NCBI GenBank assembly: GCA_036172245.1
Contig: JAYWIR010000001.1
Location: 5,952,001-6,016,000, forward strand
Source of the DNA: Raillietiella orientalis
Taxonomy: Eukaryota
Reading direction: 5' to 3'
Length of the DNA stretch: 64,000 bases
Shown here: positions 1 to 13,700 of the stretch, one piece after another
Layout: each line of letters begins with the position of its first letter
How positions within the stretch are numbered: the stretch's first letter is position 1
Notes under the pieces: generated by a model
Seen by the model: the letters and a program-made list of their open reading frames with translations, nothing else
The model's database searches: none
Told to the model about the DNA's origin: nothing
Position numbers and translations under genes: made by a program

Positions 1-227
1 CTGCGGCTGCTGCACCACGCCAGGCTGCTGCGTTTCGTCACCGTGTGTAATTTCACAACGCTCTCGTGTTGACAGGCGAGTATTTGCATAGAACCGGCTC
101 TGCGATCGATTGTGATTATCGCACGACGACGACGACGACGACAACAGGAAGTACCACGCCGTGTGGGAACAACATGTACCGGGAGAAGAAAAAGAACGGG
201 AAGCATCCGACCACCGGTGCCTCCCCC

Positions 228-262
<35 letters not shown>

Positions 263-1303
263 CCCCCCCCTTTCGGGGGGATCTGTGAACACTGCGCATG
301 CCGTTGTTGTCAGCAGTGTGCAGGCTCGGGCAAGGCAATCTGCGGGGGGGAGGGGGGACGCGGGCGCACGCGCGCGCGCTGCAGACGTGTGTGGCGCGGT
401 GCGTGTGTGGGTGGTTGAAGGGCCGATGCGAGTACGAGCGGGTGCCTCGCACCGCGTTGGCTCACCCACCGCGAATTAGCCCTTCCCGCCCGGCTTGCCC
501 CGATCGCCGTGGTGCTCACGTCCGTGCTCCCGGAGCCGGGTAGGCTGTGCGCTGCTGCCTCCTCCCCTCCCTCCCTCCGGGACCCGTGGTTCGGTTTCGG
601 GTCAAGTGACCCGGTCGCTGGGCGACGACGTGTGCTTCAGGTTACCGCTCGGGGGCCGCGCGCGTCGCAACAGATGCTCCCAGGGGCTCCGCGGTTGAGG
701 CGCGCGTGACGTGCGGCCCCGCGGCCAGACGGGGGGGAGGGGGACGAGGTGCGCTCCCGGGAGGAGGTCCTTCTGGCAGCCATTTTTTTTTTTTTTTTTC
801 CTTTTGCCCGTTTTCGTGCTTTGTGCGTTCGCTCCGTCGTGCGGCCACGGCGTGCGTAACGTGCGAGCGCGGAGCTCTCTCGGCGGATTCCGCGACCGCC
901 GCTGCCTCTCAACAATGCGAGTCGGTTGTCCTTCGGATTGTTGCAAACGGAAGTCGCTTCCGCGGAGGTGAGGTCCCCTCGTGCCCTCGGGCGCCATTAG
1001 GAAAAAAAGAAAAGAAAGAAACGGAGAAACAAAAAGAAAGCGTGTGGTGGTGGTGGTGGTGGTGGTGGTGGTGGTGCTTCGCGCGCGTTCCGTGTGTGCC
1101 GATTTCGGCCCGCGTCGTCTCGTTCGGATCTGCGAGAGCGCCCGCCGAGCAGCAGCAGCAGCAGGAGGTGTGGTGTACTGCGCGTGCGTTTGTGGTGTTC
1201 TCTCTCGATCGGGGGCTCGGCAACAGCAGCCAAAAACACACACAAAAAATCAAAACAAAAAAAAAATTTTTTTTTTTTTTTTTCTGTTCTTTTCCCCATG
1301 CAG

Positions 1304-2140
1304 GAACAAGTGACTGGTGTCGAATGGGGGACGCTGGAAAACAAAGCGGCGTACGGACTGACTTCATGCTCGCTTGCCCGAAGGCATTCCACTCCGGTCT
1401 CCGTGCACACCGGGTCCAGGGCGAAGGCGAACGTGCACCGCAAGGCCGATCGAAGCAGTAGCGATCCCTTCGACAAGAGCCCCCACAAGGGGACCGGGAT
1501 GAGTCGCCTGTACAAGACGGAGCTGTGCCGCCCCTACGAAGAGAACGGCATATGCAAGTACGGAGAGAAATGCCAGTTCGCCCACGGTCGGCTCGAGCTG
1601 CGGGCGCTGCCTCGCCACCACAAATACAAGACGGAACTGTGCCGCTCGTACCACACCAAGGGGTTCTGCAACTACGGTTCCCGCTGCCACTTCGTGCACA
1701 GCGGTCTCGACCTGACCCCTCTCCTGCTACGAGGAGGCTGCGCACCCACGCCTCCCACCCCCATACCCCCGCCTCGCGGTGGCCTGAACTCGGTCGGCAG
1801 CTCTCCCGGTCCCACGCCTCCGCTCGGCAACTCGCCCGCACCCACCCCCGTCCTCTCCAGCAAGGTCTTCCTCATGGAGGACTCGTCCTCCTCCTCCTCC
1901 TCCTCCTGTTCCTCTTCTTCCTCCTCTTCCTGTTCCTCTTCTTCCTCCTCCTCTTCTTCCTCCTCCTCCTCCTCCTCCTCTTGCTCTTCCTCCTCCTCCT
2001 CCTACCCGGGAGTGTACGCGACGGCCGGCGGTTCCACCATGATCGTGGAGATGGCTGCTGGTCAGATGGAAGCGTTGTGCCTTAAGGAGTCTTTTGGCCC
2101 CGGGATCCGCCTGCCCATCTTCAGCAAGCTCTGCAGCTAA
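1304..2140 (+). CDS. ZFP36: TIS11/tristetraprolin (ZFP36L-like) tandem CCCH zinc-finger ARE-binding protein, main coding exon; first exon probably upstream of the window
   Basis: Two CX8CX5CX3H fingers with lead-in motifs ([52 protein letters not shown]). N-terminal RRHS motif. C-terminal NOT1-binding motif RLPIFSKL before TAA (2138-2140). Strong polypyrimidine acceptor ...ttttccccatgcag| ends at 1303; an in-frame ATG at 1298 also exists. Confidence 0.95.
   Translation, partial: EQVTGVEWGTLENKAAYGLTSCSLARRHSTPVSVHTGSRAKANVHRKADRSSSDPFDKSPHKGTGMSRLYKTELCRPYEENGICKYGEKCQFAHGRLELRALPRHHKYKTELCRSYHTKGFCNYGSRCHFVHSGLDLTPLLLRGGCAPTPPTPIPPPRGGLNSVGSSPGPTPPLGNSPAPTPVLSSKVFLMEDSSSSSSSSCSSSSSSSCSSSSSSSSSSSSSSSSCSSSSSSYPGVYATAGGSTMIVEMAAGQMEALCLKESFGPGIRLPIFSKLCS
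1883..2002 (+). repeat. (TCC/TCT)n coding microsatellite giving a ~40-residue poly-Ser tract with interspersed Cys in ZFP36
   Basis: Directly visible: tcgtcctcctcc...tcctgttcctcttcttcc..., translating [20 protein letters not shown]... Confidence 0.9.
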
Positions 2141-2342
2141 GAGAGAGGCGCTGCTGGGTTGCGGTTTCAAGCTGTCTTTCGTAATCTTGTGATGAGTGAA
2201 CAAACTCTTTTGTTTGCCGACGAATTCGAAACCTCCCCCCTCCCTTTCCACCCCGACCGCCCCCTGCTCCTCGTCCTCCCTCCCTCCCCTCCCCCCTCCA
2301 AAAAGGAAACCCCGAGGACGAACCCGCACCGCCGTAGACCTC

Positions 2343-2628
2343 TTATTTAAACGCTGTCAGGAAGAAAGGATTTTGGTTGCCTCTTCGTTTGCTTTGTCCC
2401 TGATTCGTCAGACGGGTCGTGTGCGGCGGCGTGTTGGCGCCGGCCGGGTGCCACCCCCCACGCGGAGAAGCACGCCTGCGCTGCCGAGGGCAGCACATCC
2501 AGTGTGAAGAAAGTATTTATTATTATTATTATATTGGGATGATTGTGCGACTGGTGCACCTGTAGTAGTGGTCATAGCTGTATCTATTTTTATATTGAGC
2601 CATGCGTGGACCTGATGCTGAGAATAAA
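2343..2628 (+). promoter_or_regulatory. ZFP36 3'UTR AU-rich elements and polyadenylation signal
   Basis: TTATTTA at 2343-2349; TATTTAT at 2514-2520 followed by (TAT)n; AT-rich tatctatttttatatt at ~2581-2596; AATAAA at 2623-2628, all in otherwise GC-rich DNA. Confidence 0.7.
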
Positions 2629-5600
2629 GACGAATTTGCTCCTGTGGATAGCCAGTTTTCATTTCTTCGGCGAAGGCCCGCAGCAACTGGCTGCAGCAGC
2701 GTCCTTCCGCCGGACCGAGGGAAATCTCGCCTTCTGCTTCTGTGCGTTTCCGTCCTCTATGCGGGGAAGGGGGGGGGGGGGGGCGCGCGCGCGCGCGTAC
2801 CCTCTCTCTCTCTCTCTCACTTTCTCAAAGACGACCCGGTTCGTGCTCCGTCGGCAAAAGGAGGTGCCGGTCCTCGCAGCCGAGTCCCCGCGGAAGGGGT
2901 AGAAATGGGGGTGGGGGGGGGGAGAGAGAGAGAAAGAAGGTTGCTGCCCTTCTGCGCGCGCGCTTCTTCTCTACTCGTCGTCCGCCGCCGTTCCCGCGGC
3001 GCCGAGACGGGACGGCCCCGGCGTCGGGGGGAACGGGCGACGCCTCCTCGTCAGCTTTTGCAGTGGGCGGTGGTGGAGACGATGGTGCCTTCGTTCTGAT
3101 GGTAGCTGCAGTCGGTGGGGTTCGGCTGGCGCCTCGCACGCGGCAGCGGCGGCGGCCGCCGGCCGTCTGGCTGGAGAGGTCGGTCGCGTAGAAAGTTGCT
3201 CTCACCCGGTCCGCCTGGGCCGCTTTGGTGCCGGCGGCGACGGCAAAAGTGAAAGTGACGCATCCCAGATTTCCAGTGAGCGAGTGAACGAGCGAGCGGG
3301 CACGTGCATCCGCCTTCTCCGCACTCTCTCCCTACCCCTGGCCTAAGCTTCCCTCCCTTCCTCGACCCTGCCAGTGCCCTGAGCCACACGGAGGGGGGGG
3401 GGGGGGGGGAAGGACCTTGTGCGTCACCACCGCCATTTTGTTTCACTTCATTTTATTTTATTTATTTATTTTTTGCGCTTGTTCCTTCGAATGACAGACA
3501 CTCCCCCCTCCTCTTCCTCCTCCCTCTGCTGCCCGAAGGTAGCAACGGCACTTTTTTGCCCTCTTGCTGCACCCGCGGGCACGCGGCCCCCTGCGATCGA
3601 GAGGCAGCGCTAGCAGTGGTCGGCGGCGGAGTTCGCGACTTTGGAGCGTTGCAGCCACTCGTAGAACGGCCTCTTAGCTTCTTCCGCGTCCGTGGCCCCG
3701 GAGGATGGAGGGCCTGTCCCATCGAGTCTTCCGAGGCGAGCTGGCCCTCGGGCGGAGTACACCTCCCCCCTGTCGTAGTCTTTGGGTGGGCGCTCGCTTC
3801 GCGAGAGTGGCGTCTTCCGGTGTCGGCCTCTTCGTTGCGGTGAGCTTCGCGAGAGGGCGGAAGCGGTGCGCGTTCCCCTTCCGCGTGCGCCTCGCATTTG
3901 TGGGCCGCGGGGGTGCGCGGGCGCAACCGAGCGATGGGCAGCGACGGCTTGCTCCAGCCACCCCATTGGTGGTCGTGCGGGCGAACGGAGCGCGCAGCGT
4001 GTGCGTACGAAGAGCTCTCCGCATACTACTTCTCCCTCCGCCCCCTCCACAAAGGTGGAGGGTAGGGTAGGTGCAGGCCGTCCCTGAGGGCAGCGGGAAG
4101 GGCGGTGACCGTTTCGTCTCTCCCCCACCCAACCCGTTTGGACGGTGGGGTCCTCTTGCTGGGGCGTGCATAGGGAGAGGAGGAAAGGCGCGCGCGGCGG
4201 CAGACTGCACACCCTCCGTTGGTGCGGCGGACGGGCAATTGGACGTGGTGGCCTATTGCGCCATCGCTGCCACAGTTTCCCCGCGCACCTGTTGTGCCGG
4301 CGACCCCTGCGCCCGGCGGCAAGCAGGCTGCGAAGGCCCTGCCCCGCTCGAGGGAGGCGGCGCCAGCTGCCGTCTGCTTGACGACTGAGCCTTTGCCGGC
4401 GGCGGTGCAGTGCTGCTGCTGATGGTGAGGGTGGTGGTACCCTCCTCAGCGAGCACCGCGGGGGACGGAAGCGGATGCCGCCGCCAGCAGCCTTCCGTCC
4501 GAGGCCGCAGGCGGCGATACTAGCTAGTGGGCGCGCCCGCCGCAGAGACGACGCGACGCGGGCGTACAGAGCCGCGTGCGCGCGCTCCTCGCTCGATCGT
4601 CCGTGCCCCGGGCCCGACGCCCGGGAGAGTGGCAGCGGGCCACTGCCGTCGCCTCTCCCCGTTGCTATGCGATCGGCAGCGGATAATATTAGCGCCGCTT
4701 CCCGCGCGCGCTGATTGGCGAGCTGCTGGGAAGAGGCGTGCGCCTGCGCGCATGCTACGCACTTGGCAGCCCGTCCGGGAACTTCCCGGACGGGCTGCGG
4801 GAACGTCTGCCTCCGAGGACACACATCACACGTACGCCCTACCCCATTCCTCTTTCCCCTTGCTCCCCTTCGGAAACGACCGTCCGGGTAGAACGTCCCA
4901 CCGGCCGCCAGTGGTTCCTTTTCCTGATCCCGCCTTTCGCCCCAGGCGGCGCTGCGAGCGCGCAGGTGAGCGGTTGGGGCCTCCCACGAGAAGGTAGTGG
5001 CCGCCCCCCCTCTTTGCCACGCGCGGAAATGCGGTTTTCCTCGGCTGCCAGCCGAAGAGCTGCTGCTTTTTTTTTTTTTTTTTTTCCACTTTTTTTTTCC
5101 TTTTTTTTTTGACAGCACAATTTCAACGATTGCAGTTTCCACAACATGGGAAGGAAGGAACGAAAGGGGGAGAGGGGTTCGAGGGGGCTGCCCTGAAAAA
5201 AAAAAGGACGAAGATAAGAAATTCGGGTGGCTCACGGTTCCCCCGTTCGACCCCGGCTCTGCGGGAAGTGATCGCTCGTCCGCGGCATCGGTTCTTTCTT
5301 GGGACTTTCCCCCCTCCCGCGCTCTCCCGGACGGTGTTCGCCGCGCCCCTCCGAGGCAGATGAAGTGTCCCTTCGTTGGGACTCGACCGTTGTCGCCCGG
5401 AAGCTCGCCCGCAGCACCATCCTAGCACGGAGGGGAAAAGGAAGGACTGCCCCTCAACGGGCCGCGGCATCGCCCATCGCTGCGCTCGTGCCCGTGAGAG
5501 GAGCCACCGGCGTTGGCGGGCACTTTTCTGTAAAAGAGGCGTAGGGAACGCACCCTTGTCGCGCCGAAGGCGGGCGGCAAGGGAGTCCCATCTGCCTTAC

Positions 5601-8600
5601 GTCACGCCCTTAGGGGACATCGTTTCACGGAGGAAGAGGGGGAAGGGAAGAGAAGCGCGTTGCAGGTCCTTCCGGGGCGTGCCTCGCCACCCGACCTCAG
5701 GGGAGGGGAGGAGGAGGGGGGGACGCCCCCTACGTCGCTCCCCCTCGAGGGCAAGATGGTACGGCCTTAAAGATCGGCGGTCACCCTGCCGTGACCTCCC
5801 ATCACCGTTGCCGAGTCCCGCGCCGGCGTAGGGACGAGCAAGCATCGTCCCACGACGCGGTGTTTGCACGCACGGCCTCTGCCCGTTTTCGAGCGAGCTA
5901 GCGCGTTGTGGCGCTTCCGGCCCAAGGAAGACGGAGGAGGGAGGTCCGGAGCGGAGGGCGGTGGTGCCCCTTGACGCGGGAAGGGCGTACCCAGCTCCAC
6001 CACGGCGCGGGAGGGAAGAACGCCGCGGTCCAGCGGTTCTCCCCGTCGCAGTGACGGCGAACCGGATCTTCGCCGCACGGGCTCTCGCGCCTTCCCGGCG
6101 TGACCAAAGTCCGACGCAAGTCCATTCCGTTGCCGCGAAACGCGATCCCGGGCGCCCGTTTTCCTAGCGAATCCGGTTGCAGTTGCACCTCGGAACGGAG
6201 GAGCGTCGCAAATACAAACAAAACAAAACGAAACGAAAAAAGTGGTGGCTGGAGGGGGGAGAGGGATCATCCGTGTCCCCTTCTCCTCAGCTTTTTTTTT
6301 TTTTTTTCTTCTTTTCTTTTCTTTTGCGCGCAGGCGCTCCAGCTCCGCCCGTCTGTGTCCCGGGCACGGCAAGCGGTGCTGAGCTCCTAACGACGAGGAG
6401 CGCGCCACCGAGCCCTCTGGAGGATGGCGACCTTTCGCGCGCGTTGCTGCCTCCCCCCTCCCCGTCTCCCCCGGACGCAGCGCGCGCGCGTACGCCTCCT
6501 GACTTGGACGGCTTGGCGGGGCTTCCTTCCGTCAGGACTGCTAGGCGGCGGGGATACGTGACCTTCCGGCGACGCGGGCGGTGTACTGCCTCACTGCTGC
6601 CGGCTGGGAAAGGCTTGGGTTGCCGAGGCGCGAGAGGCGTCGCTTTGCCGGGTTGCCAAGGGAAGGAGGATCGGCTGCGCCGCTCCGCAAACGTATTTGG
6701 ATTGTTGCGTCGCCGGCGCCTAGCAGGCAGGAAGGGGGTCGTCGCGGAAACGTGGAAGAGCGGATGCGACACCTAGCGGCTTGGCCGTTGCCGTGGATTT
6801 TGCCGCGTCTCGCAACAATGCGCGGTCTATTTTTAATCGATGCTGGTTTTCCGTCCCCCCCCCCTCCTTATTCTTTTGTTTGCTTGCGCATGCGTGCGGT
6901 TGGTTGCTCATCGACTTGAAGCTTTTTTGTGTGTTGCCGCCGCCGCTGCCGCTACTGCTACTGCTGCTGCTGCTGCTGCTGTTCTTCCTCCCGGCCAGAA
7001 GGGGCAGAAATTTATGGATCCCACGGTTCTTGCGTCTCCGTGAAATAGGAAAAATCGGATGTTCGCTTGCGACTTCGCTCTCCACGCGCGCCCCTTATCG
7101 CAAGGATGCGCTGCGATCGAACTGGGCTGGCTGCTTTCGGTTGGTTGCTGCGCGACTTGGTGCATTTGGTTTGCTTCCTCGTAGCTGGCGTTGCTGAAGG
7201 CAGGCAGGCATTCTTGCGGAGCCCTGGCGGTGACGCAACTGTACGCGACCAATGGTCGACGAGCGCTCGCAAGCACGTTTGGCCCGCGTTCTCTCCGAAG
7301 GTCATCATCCCTCGAAGATGATTTCCAGATGAAACTGAAACTCCTAGGAGAAGAGACCGGATTTCCTCGGAAAAGTGCTGCTCCGATTTTGTACAGAAAG
7401 TTTCTTTTTTGTGCGTGTGTGTGTATGTGTGTGTGTGTGTGTTTTCCCTTCCGTTTGCGCGTTCGGGCTCTCCGGAATCACGTGATTTCCCGGCGCATCG
7501 CGTGACGCTCCATGCCAGAACGCGCTCTGGTGCCGCCCCCCTCCTCGACCGCTGTTCACGCGGTTTTCCGAGAATTCTGCGCAGCGGTTGCGCCCTCTCT
7601 CTCCGCTGCTGCATGCTTGCCGGAGCAGATGGATGGATGGCGATGATGACTCATGAGGAGAAGAGCGCGCAGCTCCGCAAGCCATCGGTGCGATGGAGAA
7701 GCAGCACCAGCGGCGGCGGCGGCGGCAGCAGCAGCAGCAACCGGGAGGAAGGAGGGAAGGAACGCTTGGTTTCTCGTCGGAGGACTCGGCCTCAGAGAGT
7801 CCCGCCCCAAGAACGAGGGCCTTCCCCAAAGGCGTCGCCGGAGATGGGCGCGCGCTCCCAGGATGCCGGCCAGCCGACAGGGCCTGCCCTCCGCAGGGTG
7901 GGGCCGAACTGGCGGAACACCCCCTTCCTGCCCACATTTCTTTGGGCCTGTTGCCCCGCCCCCAATGCAGCCGTCATAACTGCTGTTGCTGCTCTTCTCG
8001 TACGCTGCCGCAGTCCTGGCGACGGGGCGGATCCGTGGTGACGCCTGGCAGCGGTCTGGTCCTCTCGCAGTGGCCCGGAAATGCCGAACGCCTGGCACGG
8101 TGGTCTCTCATGGGTTGGTGGCGGAAGGAAGCGCCGGCACCGCATTTCCGCCCGCATGCTTTTCGGTGGCGCCACCCTCTCCACTCGCATCCTTTTAGTC
8201 CCTCCCCCTGCTTTCCTGAAAACGCAAGGCGATGCCAGAGGTCAGCAAGCGGGAGCGTCCTGTCTCCTGGGGCGCTCCTCTCCCTGGGAGAGAACGGCCC
8301 TTCCTGGGCGTGGGCTGGGGTGGTAGAGCGTCTTCGCTCAGCGAGCGGTCGGCGCTTTCGTGCGCTTCGACCAGGCCGCAGGAGGAGGACGGTGGTCATC
8401 TCCGCCGGCGCCCACTTCCCATCTCCCATTTTGTGCCAATGGGCGCAGCAAGGGATGCCACATCAGGGGCCTCTTTGGACTCGCCCTTCCCCTCCCTCTC
8501 GCCATGGTCGCGCTTCTGCGTCCCGGCGTCTCAAAGCGGTGCCATTCTGCCCCTCGCCCTTTGGCCTGCCTTCCACCCACGCTGCTACCCTGGCGCTCGG

Positions 8601-10644
8601 CTGTTGCCTCCCTTCAGTCCGTTTCTCTCCCTCCTGCAATGCTCCGGAAGATCTAGCCCCATCTCCACGGTGGGCTGTCGTCTTCACCCAGCCCCCCTCC
8701 TCTCTTCTCCCCTCCCACCTTTTTTTGTCCTGGGGACCTTGATCCCTTCTCGAGGTGGTGGCGCCGCCAGGCGGTCGCTCCTCCCTCGTCTAGGGTAGAG
8801 CGCCGCCTCTCGCCGCTGGCCCGTTCTCCCCCCCCCCCTCCTCTGTTAGGTCCCCCAGACTTGCACCCAGGGAACTGCCGTGGCTGGTGTCTCCCATCCG
8901 CGGCGGTGCCCTTTCGAGAGGGCCCCCTCTGGCAGCTTCTCACCAGGGCGTGGCGCTGGATCCTCCGGGGACTCCCCTGAGCATGGGGAGGGCGCTCGTC
9001 CGGAAGGCGGCGGGCGGACGCTGGGTCCTCCTGCCTTCGTCTCCTCTGGGTCTCCAAGAGCGGGGCAAGGGCGTGCTCCTGGGTCTATCGGGCGCTTGGG
9101 CGGTGCCCCTTGGAAGCCGAGGAAACTGCTCAATGCACGCGATCCCCGCGCATTCACCCTCTGCCGCCCCCCATTTTCCACCCCATCGTCTCGTGTCCTG
9201 GAAGGATGGGGGTTGCCACCCGGGTACGCCCTTGGGAAGGGTGGGGGTGGGGACGGCAATCACGCGGCTTAGTAGACTCCGCGCCATCCCTGTGCCATGC
9301 TGCCGGCGCTCCTGGAACCCGGAGCAGTTGCTCGCGCCGAGTATGTGTGTGTGTGTTTGGGGGGGGGGTAGCCTGGAGGCGGGCAGATAGGACGGCACGA
9401 CGGGGTCGGGTGGGGCACCTCCTCTCCGTGCATTCCTTCCTCTCCACCCTTGGAGAGCCTCCGGCGCGGCTCGAAGTCGAACGGGCCCTCGGCCGAGGCT
9501 CCAGAGGTGGCGTTGCGGTCGTCCTTCAACCTGCGGAGGAGCGCGAGACCCTGCGCCCGATTCTCTTGCTACCCGGAACTGCGCCCGTCGTGACCTCCTG
9601 CGGGCAGCAGGACCTTGCGGTGTGGCGTGGCTAGTCGACCCCATCATGCACCTCCTCTGGGGGTTGCGCTCAACGCGCGCATCGCCGGCGGCGCGCCGAT
9701 CGAGGCGGACGCTCCTGCGAACGTCCCGGGGTCGAATTCTGTGGAGTTGCGGGGGATGGCGAGGGTGCCCAGCGACCTCTTCTGGCGCGCGGGTGGGACC
9801 GCTTCCACTCGCCCCATCGAGGGGTTCGGGCAGACCATCCGCGAGGAGCGCTCCGCGTCCGGTGGCGGGTGAAGTCCCGCTGCCATGCTTGCGGGTCGCG
9901 CCACCGGCTCTGCCGCGCACCGCAAGGGGCTTCCCGCCCCTTCGACTTGGATGATCGTTCGGATGCTGCTGAAGGAGGATACGGACGCTGGTGCGTGCGC
10001 GTCCCGCGCAGCCGGAGCCTCCTCGTTGCTTCCGAAGCAGAGGTCACCGGCGACCCCTCCCACCAGTCTCGAGACGGGACGAAGAAGCGGGCGGAAGAGG
10101 CACTGCGGCGATGGTCGCCGCGGGAACCCCTCCAGCGGTGCCCGGGACTGCTGCGGTCGCCTCTAGTCGGGTGTCCAGCGAGGCGAGCGGAGGCGGAAGC
10201 AGCCCTTCCCTGATCGCTCCCGCCGGAGCCGCCGCCGTTCCGCGTGCACTGTGCGGAGGAGCCCTGTACGGTACCAAGGCGAAATGGAACGTCCGGCGAA
10301 TTTCCCGCTTTCCTGGGAGGATTCCCATGTCCGCATCAGCCCCGGGATCGCCAGAATCAGGACGAATGAGGAAAAGACGACAACACCACCCAAAAAAAAA
10401 AAAAAAAGTGAAATGTAAATAAATAAATGGAAAACGACTGGCACGACTGCGGATTTCATTGTGCACGCGGGTTTTGTCTTCGATTCCATCTTTTTTTCCT
10501 TTTTTTTTTTTTTAATTCTTCCTGCACGTATCGAACAAACAAGTATCCAATTGGAAGTTGCAATTGTTTCAAGGTCACCGTACGAAGACACCCATCCTGG
10601 CTTTGCTACTTCGCATTAAAAATACGACTCCGTAACCAAGTTTA

Positions 10645-10647
10645 TGT

Positions 10648-10710
<63 letters not shown>

Positions 10711-10753
10711 AGGGAGAGAAAGGGGAGAGAGTGTACGTGTGTGTGTGTGTGTG
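10645..10753. repeat. Compound (GT)n(GA)n microsatellite
   Basis: Directly visible dinucleotide runs. Confidence 0.95.
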
Positions 10754-13700
10754 TTTTTGTTATTGTTTTGTTTTTTGCCTTTGTAAATTAAACCATTGAC
10801 AGGGAGGAGCGTAGCTGTTGACTGAGGTGCAGACTACACGTCAGACAGACAGTTTTCATACGCGTACGGAGGGCAGGGAAGGAGCACGTGCGTTCGAGGC
10901 TTTTCCGCGATTCCCGTGGGTTGACCGATGGGGGACCGGGGCGAGCGACACGCACCGAGGCGGAAGGGGGGGGGGAGACCCGACCGATCCGTTTCCGGGA
11001 GGAGGAAAAGGAGTGCGATCCTCGGGGAGCTCCCCTCAGCTCGCTGGCGATGCTGTGGAGCATCCTCTTTCCCCTCCCCGGATCGGAGTGCGCACGCAGC
11101 AGCGAGACTCGCATCGAATGTCTCCACCACGCGGGAGAGGAGTGCGAGCGGGATGGATATGTGTGGGGGCTGCTCGGGACGAGATCCCGCGCCTGGGGTC
11201 GCCGCCCGCCTCGGTCGGGGGCGGGACGCTCCCTCTCTCTCTCCCGGCTGGGAAAGGAAGGGCGCGGCGGCGACGGTCGCCGCCATTTTGGAACAGCGCA
11301 TTGTTGCGTCCGTTTTCGCGCGGGCGCGCTTCCGTCGCTCCCCCCCCCCCCCGTGCTCTGCCGAATACGCTGGGGTGCGCGTGGGGGGACGGGGGGGGGG
11401 GGGGCACACATGAGCGCGCGTCTTCTCCTCCGTGCCGCTGCCGTTATCGATCCGACGCTTTTGCTGCCCGGCACGCGGCCTGGCGTGCCCGAACCGGTCG
11501 GGACGCACGACAGACAACGTTTGCGCGTCTGCCCGTCCGCATCGCGTGGCACGTGGACGATTCGAACCTCTCGGCTTGGGAACGTTCGGGACAGCACACA
11601 CGCGTTTGATGGAATTCTTCTGCTTTTGTTTTCCGCGGTCTTCATAGTGAGCAGACGTGCTTTTCGTCTCCTTTTGTTTTTGTTTTCTTCTTTTCCCCTT
11701 CTACTAAAGAAACGCATGAACTTTCCCAAAGTGTTTGCGCTGCGCTGCGCGCATGCGCACGCTGTCCGTCCGCGCGCTCGCCGCCGCTGGGCGACAGCCC
11801 CTTCGGTTTGCGTGGAGTGTGCGCCCTTTCCACGACGCGCGCGGGTCGGTGCCGCTGGCGCTTCCGTTTTCACGCGGGGCGGCTGCCGCCCGCTCGCCCC
11901 GTCCCGTCCGTGGAGAGGGCAGGGAAGGAATCCCAGGAGAAAGGGGGGGGGGGAGAGAGAACCTCGCGGGATCGCCGCCTGTCCGGCGGGGTTCGACTTG
12001 GAACCAGCGGACCGGGCGGCATCCACAAGTCGTCGATTCCGGGCGTTCCTGGATGAGCGGGGAGTTCGGGGAGGGGAGGAGGCTCTCGGCGCGCCTCCTC
12101 CTCTTCCCCACCGCACTGCTCTCGCCACCAAGGGGAAAGCAGGACGGGGGGGAAGAAACGAGGGAGAGCTTCCCTCGCGATGTAGGAATCCGGCGCCAGT
12201 CGCGCTTCGCGAGTCGTTCGGGGACAAAAGTGCATCCCTGCCCGACTGAAACGGGAACCCTCCACGGGAAACGCGGCGAAGGAATTCGATCTCTTGGTGG
12301 GGAAGGACTGCTGCTGCGTTCGATCATGCCTCCCCTTCCCCCTCCTCCTCCTCCGCCGCCGCCGCCGCCACCACTCGTACGTACCACCGCGTGGGCACTG
12401 CGCGCGTGCGAAGACGGGTGTTCCCCGCCCTCGCACGGTTCGCAGGCTGCCAGGTCACGGAAGGCGTGAAGGCAGGGAGAGCGGAAACCCTGGAGTGACC
12501 CTCCCGCCCTCCAGAACCTCATTCCGTCTCCGGTGGTGGGCGGGAGCAGAAGCGAGGGCGATGATCGGAGTCGCGCGGATGGCGCGCTCTGCGCTCGCCG
12601 TCTCGGGCCGGAGCTGGGGTCGAAGCGAGGGCGGGTTCGCCCGTCCCTTCCTACAGGGAAGGGAAAAGGCGGGTTTGAAAGTGGACGACAGTGTTCCCTC
12701 TTTGGTGGACGCCTGCGCGGAGGCGCGCAGTGCAGTCGCCGCCGCCCTTCTGCTGCGCACATGCGCGCCTTCCTCGTTCCAGGTTACGACTGCGGGGCAC
12801 GTCTGGGGCAGCAAAAGGGCAGACGGGAGACGGAGGAGAAAGATGGCAGGGGAAAGAGTTGGCGCTTGCATTCTTTCGTGAAGCACCGCCTTCGGGGGAT
12901 GAATTTGGTGCCCCGGGGGATAGGGCCGCCGGCCTGGACCCGGTTTTTCGTGGAGAAGGGCAGGAACGAGGGGTCGCCCTTTCCCCCTTCAGGAAATCCC
13001 CGAGGCCTCCTTCAAGAGGGGTGGTGGCTCCGGGACGCGTCACGCTCGTGTTGGCGCCTGCACACCGCCCGTCCCTGCGCAACAACGTCTACGACAACTC
13101 CCACATAGGTAGGGGCCGCACGTAGAGGGAGGAAGGGGCGGGCGGGCGGTTGGCTCCGGGAGGTCGCCAGCGCGGGAGGAGATGGCGCGGCACCGTGGGC
13201 CCGCCATCCGTCGCGCGCACCGGTCCCCGTTCGTATGGTTGGGTTGGGCAGCCGCTTCGTTCCCGAACCTACGGCTGGCAGAGTGCATCCAGACGAGAGG
13301 GAGAGGCTTCCCGTCCCAAAAGCGCATGCGCTCGTGGAGGGAGGCCCGTCTAGGACTGGCGCCAGGAAGCAAGAAGGCCAGCTCACAGAGCGCCGCACTC
13401 TTCGTCCGCAGGGGATGCGAGGAGTCTTCCGCGCCCTCTCTGAGCGGTGCAGGGAGTCGTCAGGGGTGCAGAGGAGGGGGAAGCCGAGTCCGCAGCCACC
13501 CTTCTTGAGCGTGCGGGCTCTTTCGCTCCCCGCCGCCGCCGCCGCAGCCCGAGGCGACGCACGTCGGCAGCCTTGCGCCAGCTGTGGTGGCGCGCTGGCG
13601 CAAGGCTGCTGGCGTGGCGATCCCTTATGTCCGGGGTGAACGCGAGTGGCGGGAAGGCGCACCGCTGTGCCTCCTGGCGAGCTGCCGCGCACGCCTGGCG

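Noticed and set aside
7012-7343. Alternative RAD51B terminal exon
   Set aside because: Acceptor-like site is phase-compatible but gives a long featureless tail with no nearby polyA signal.
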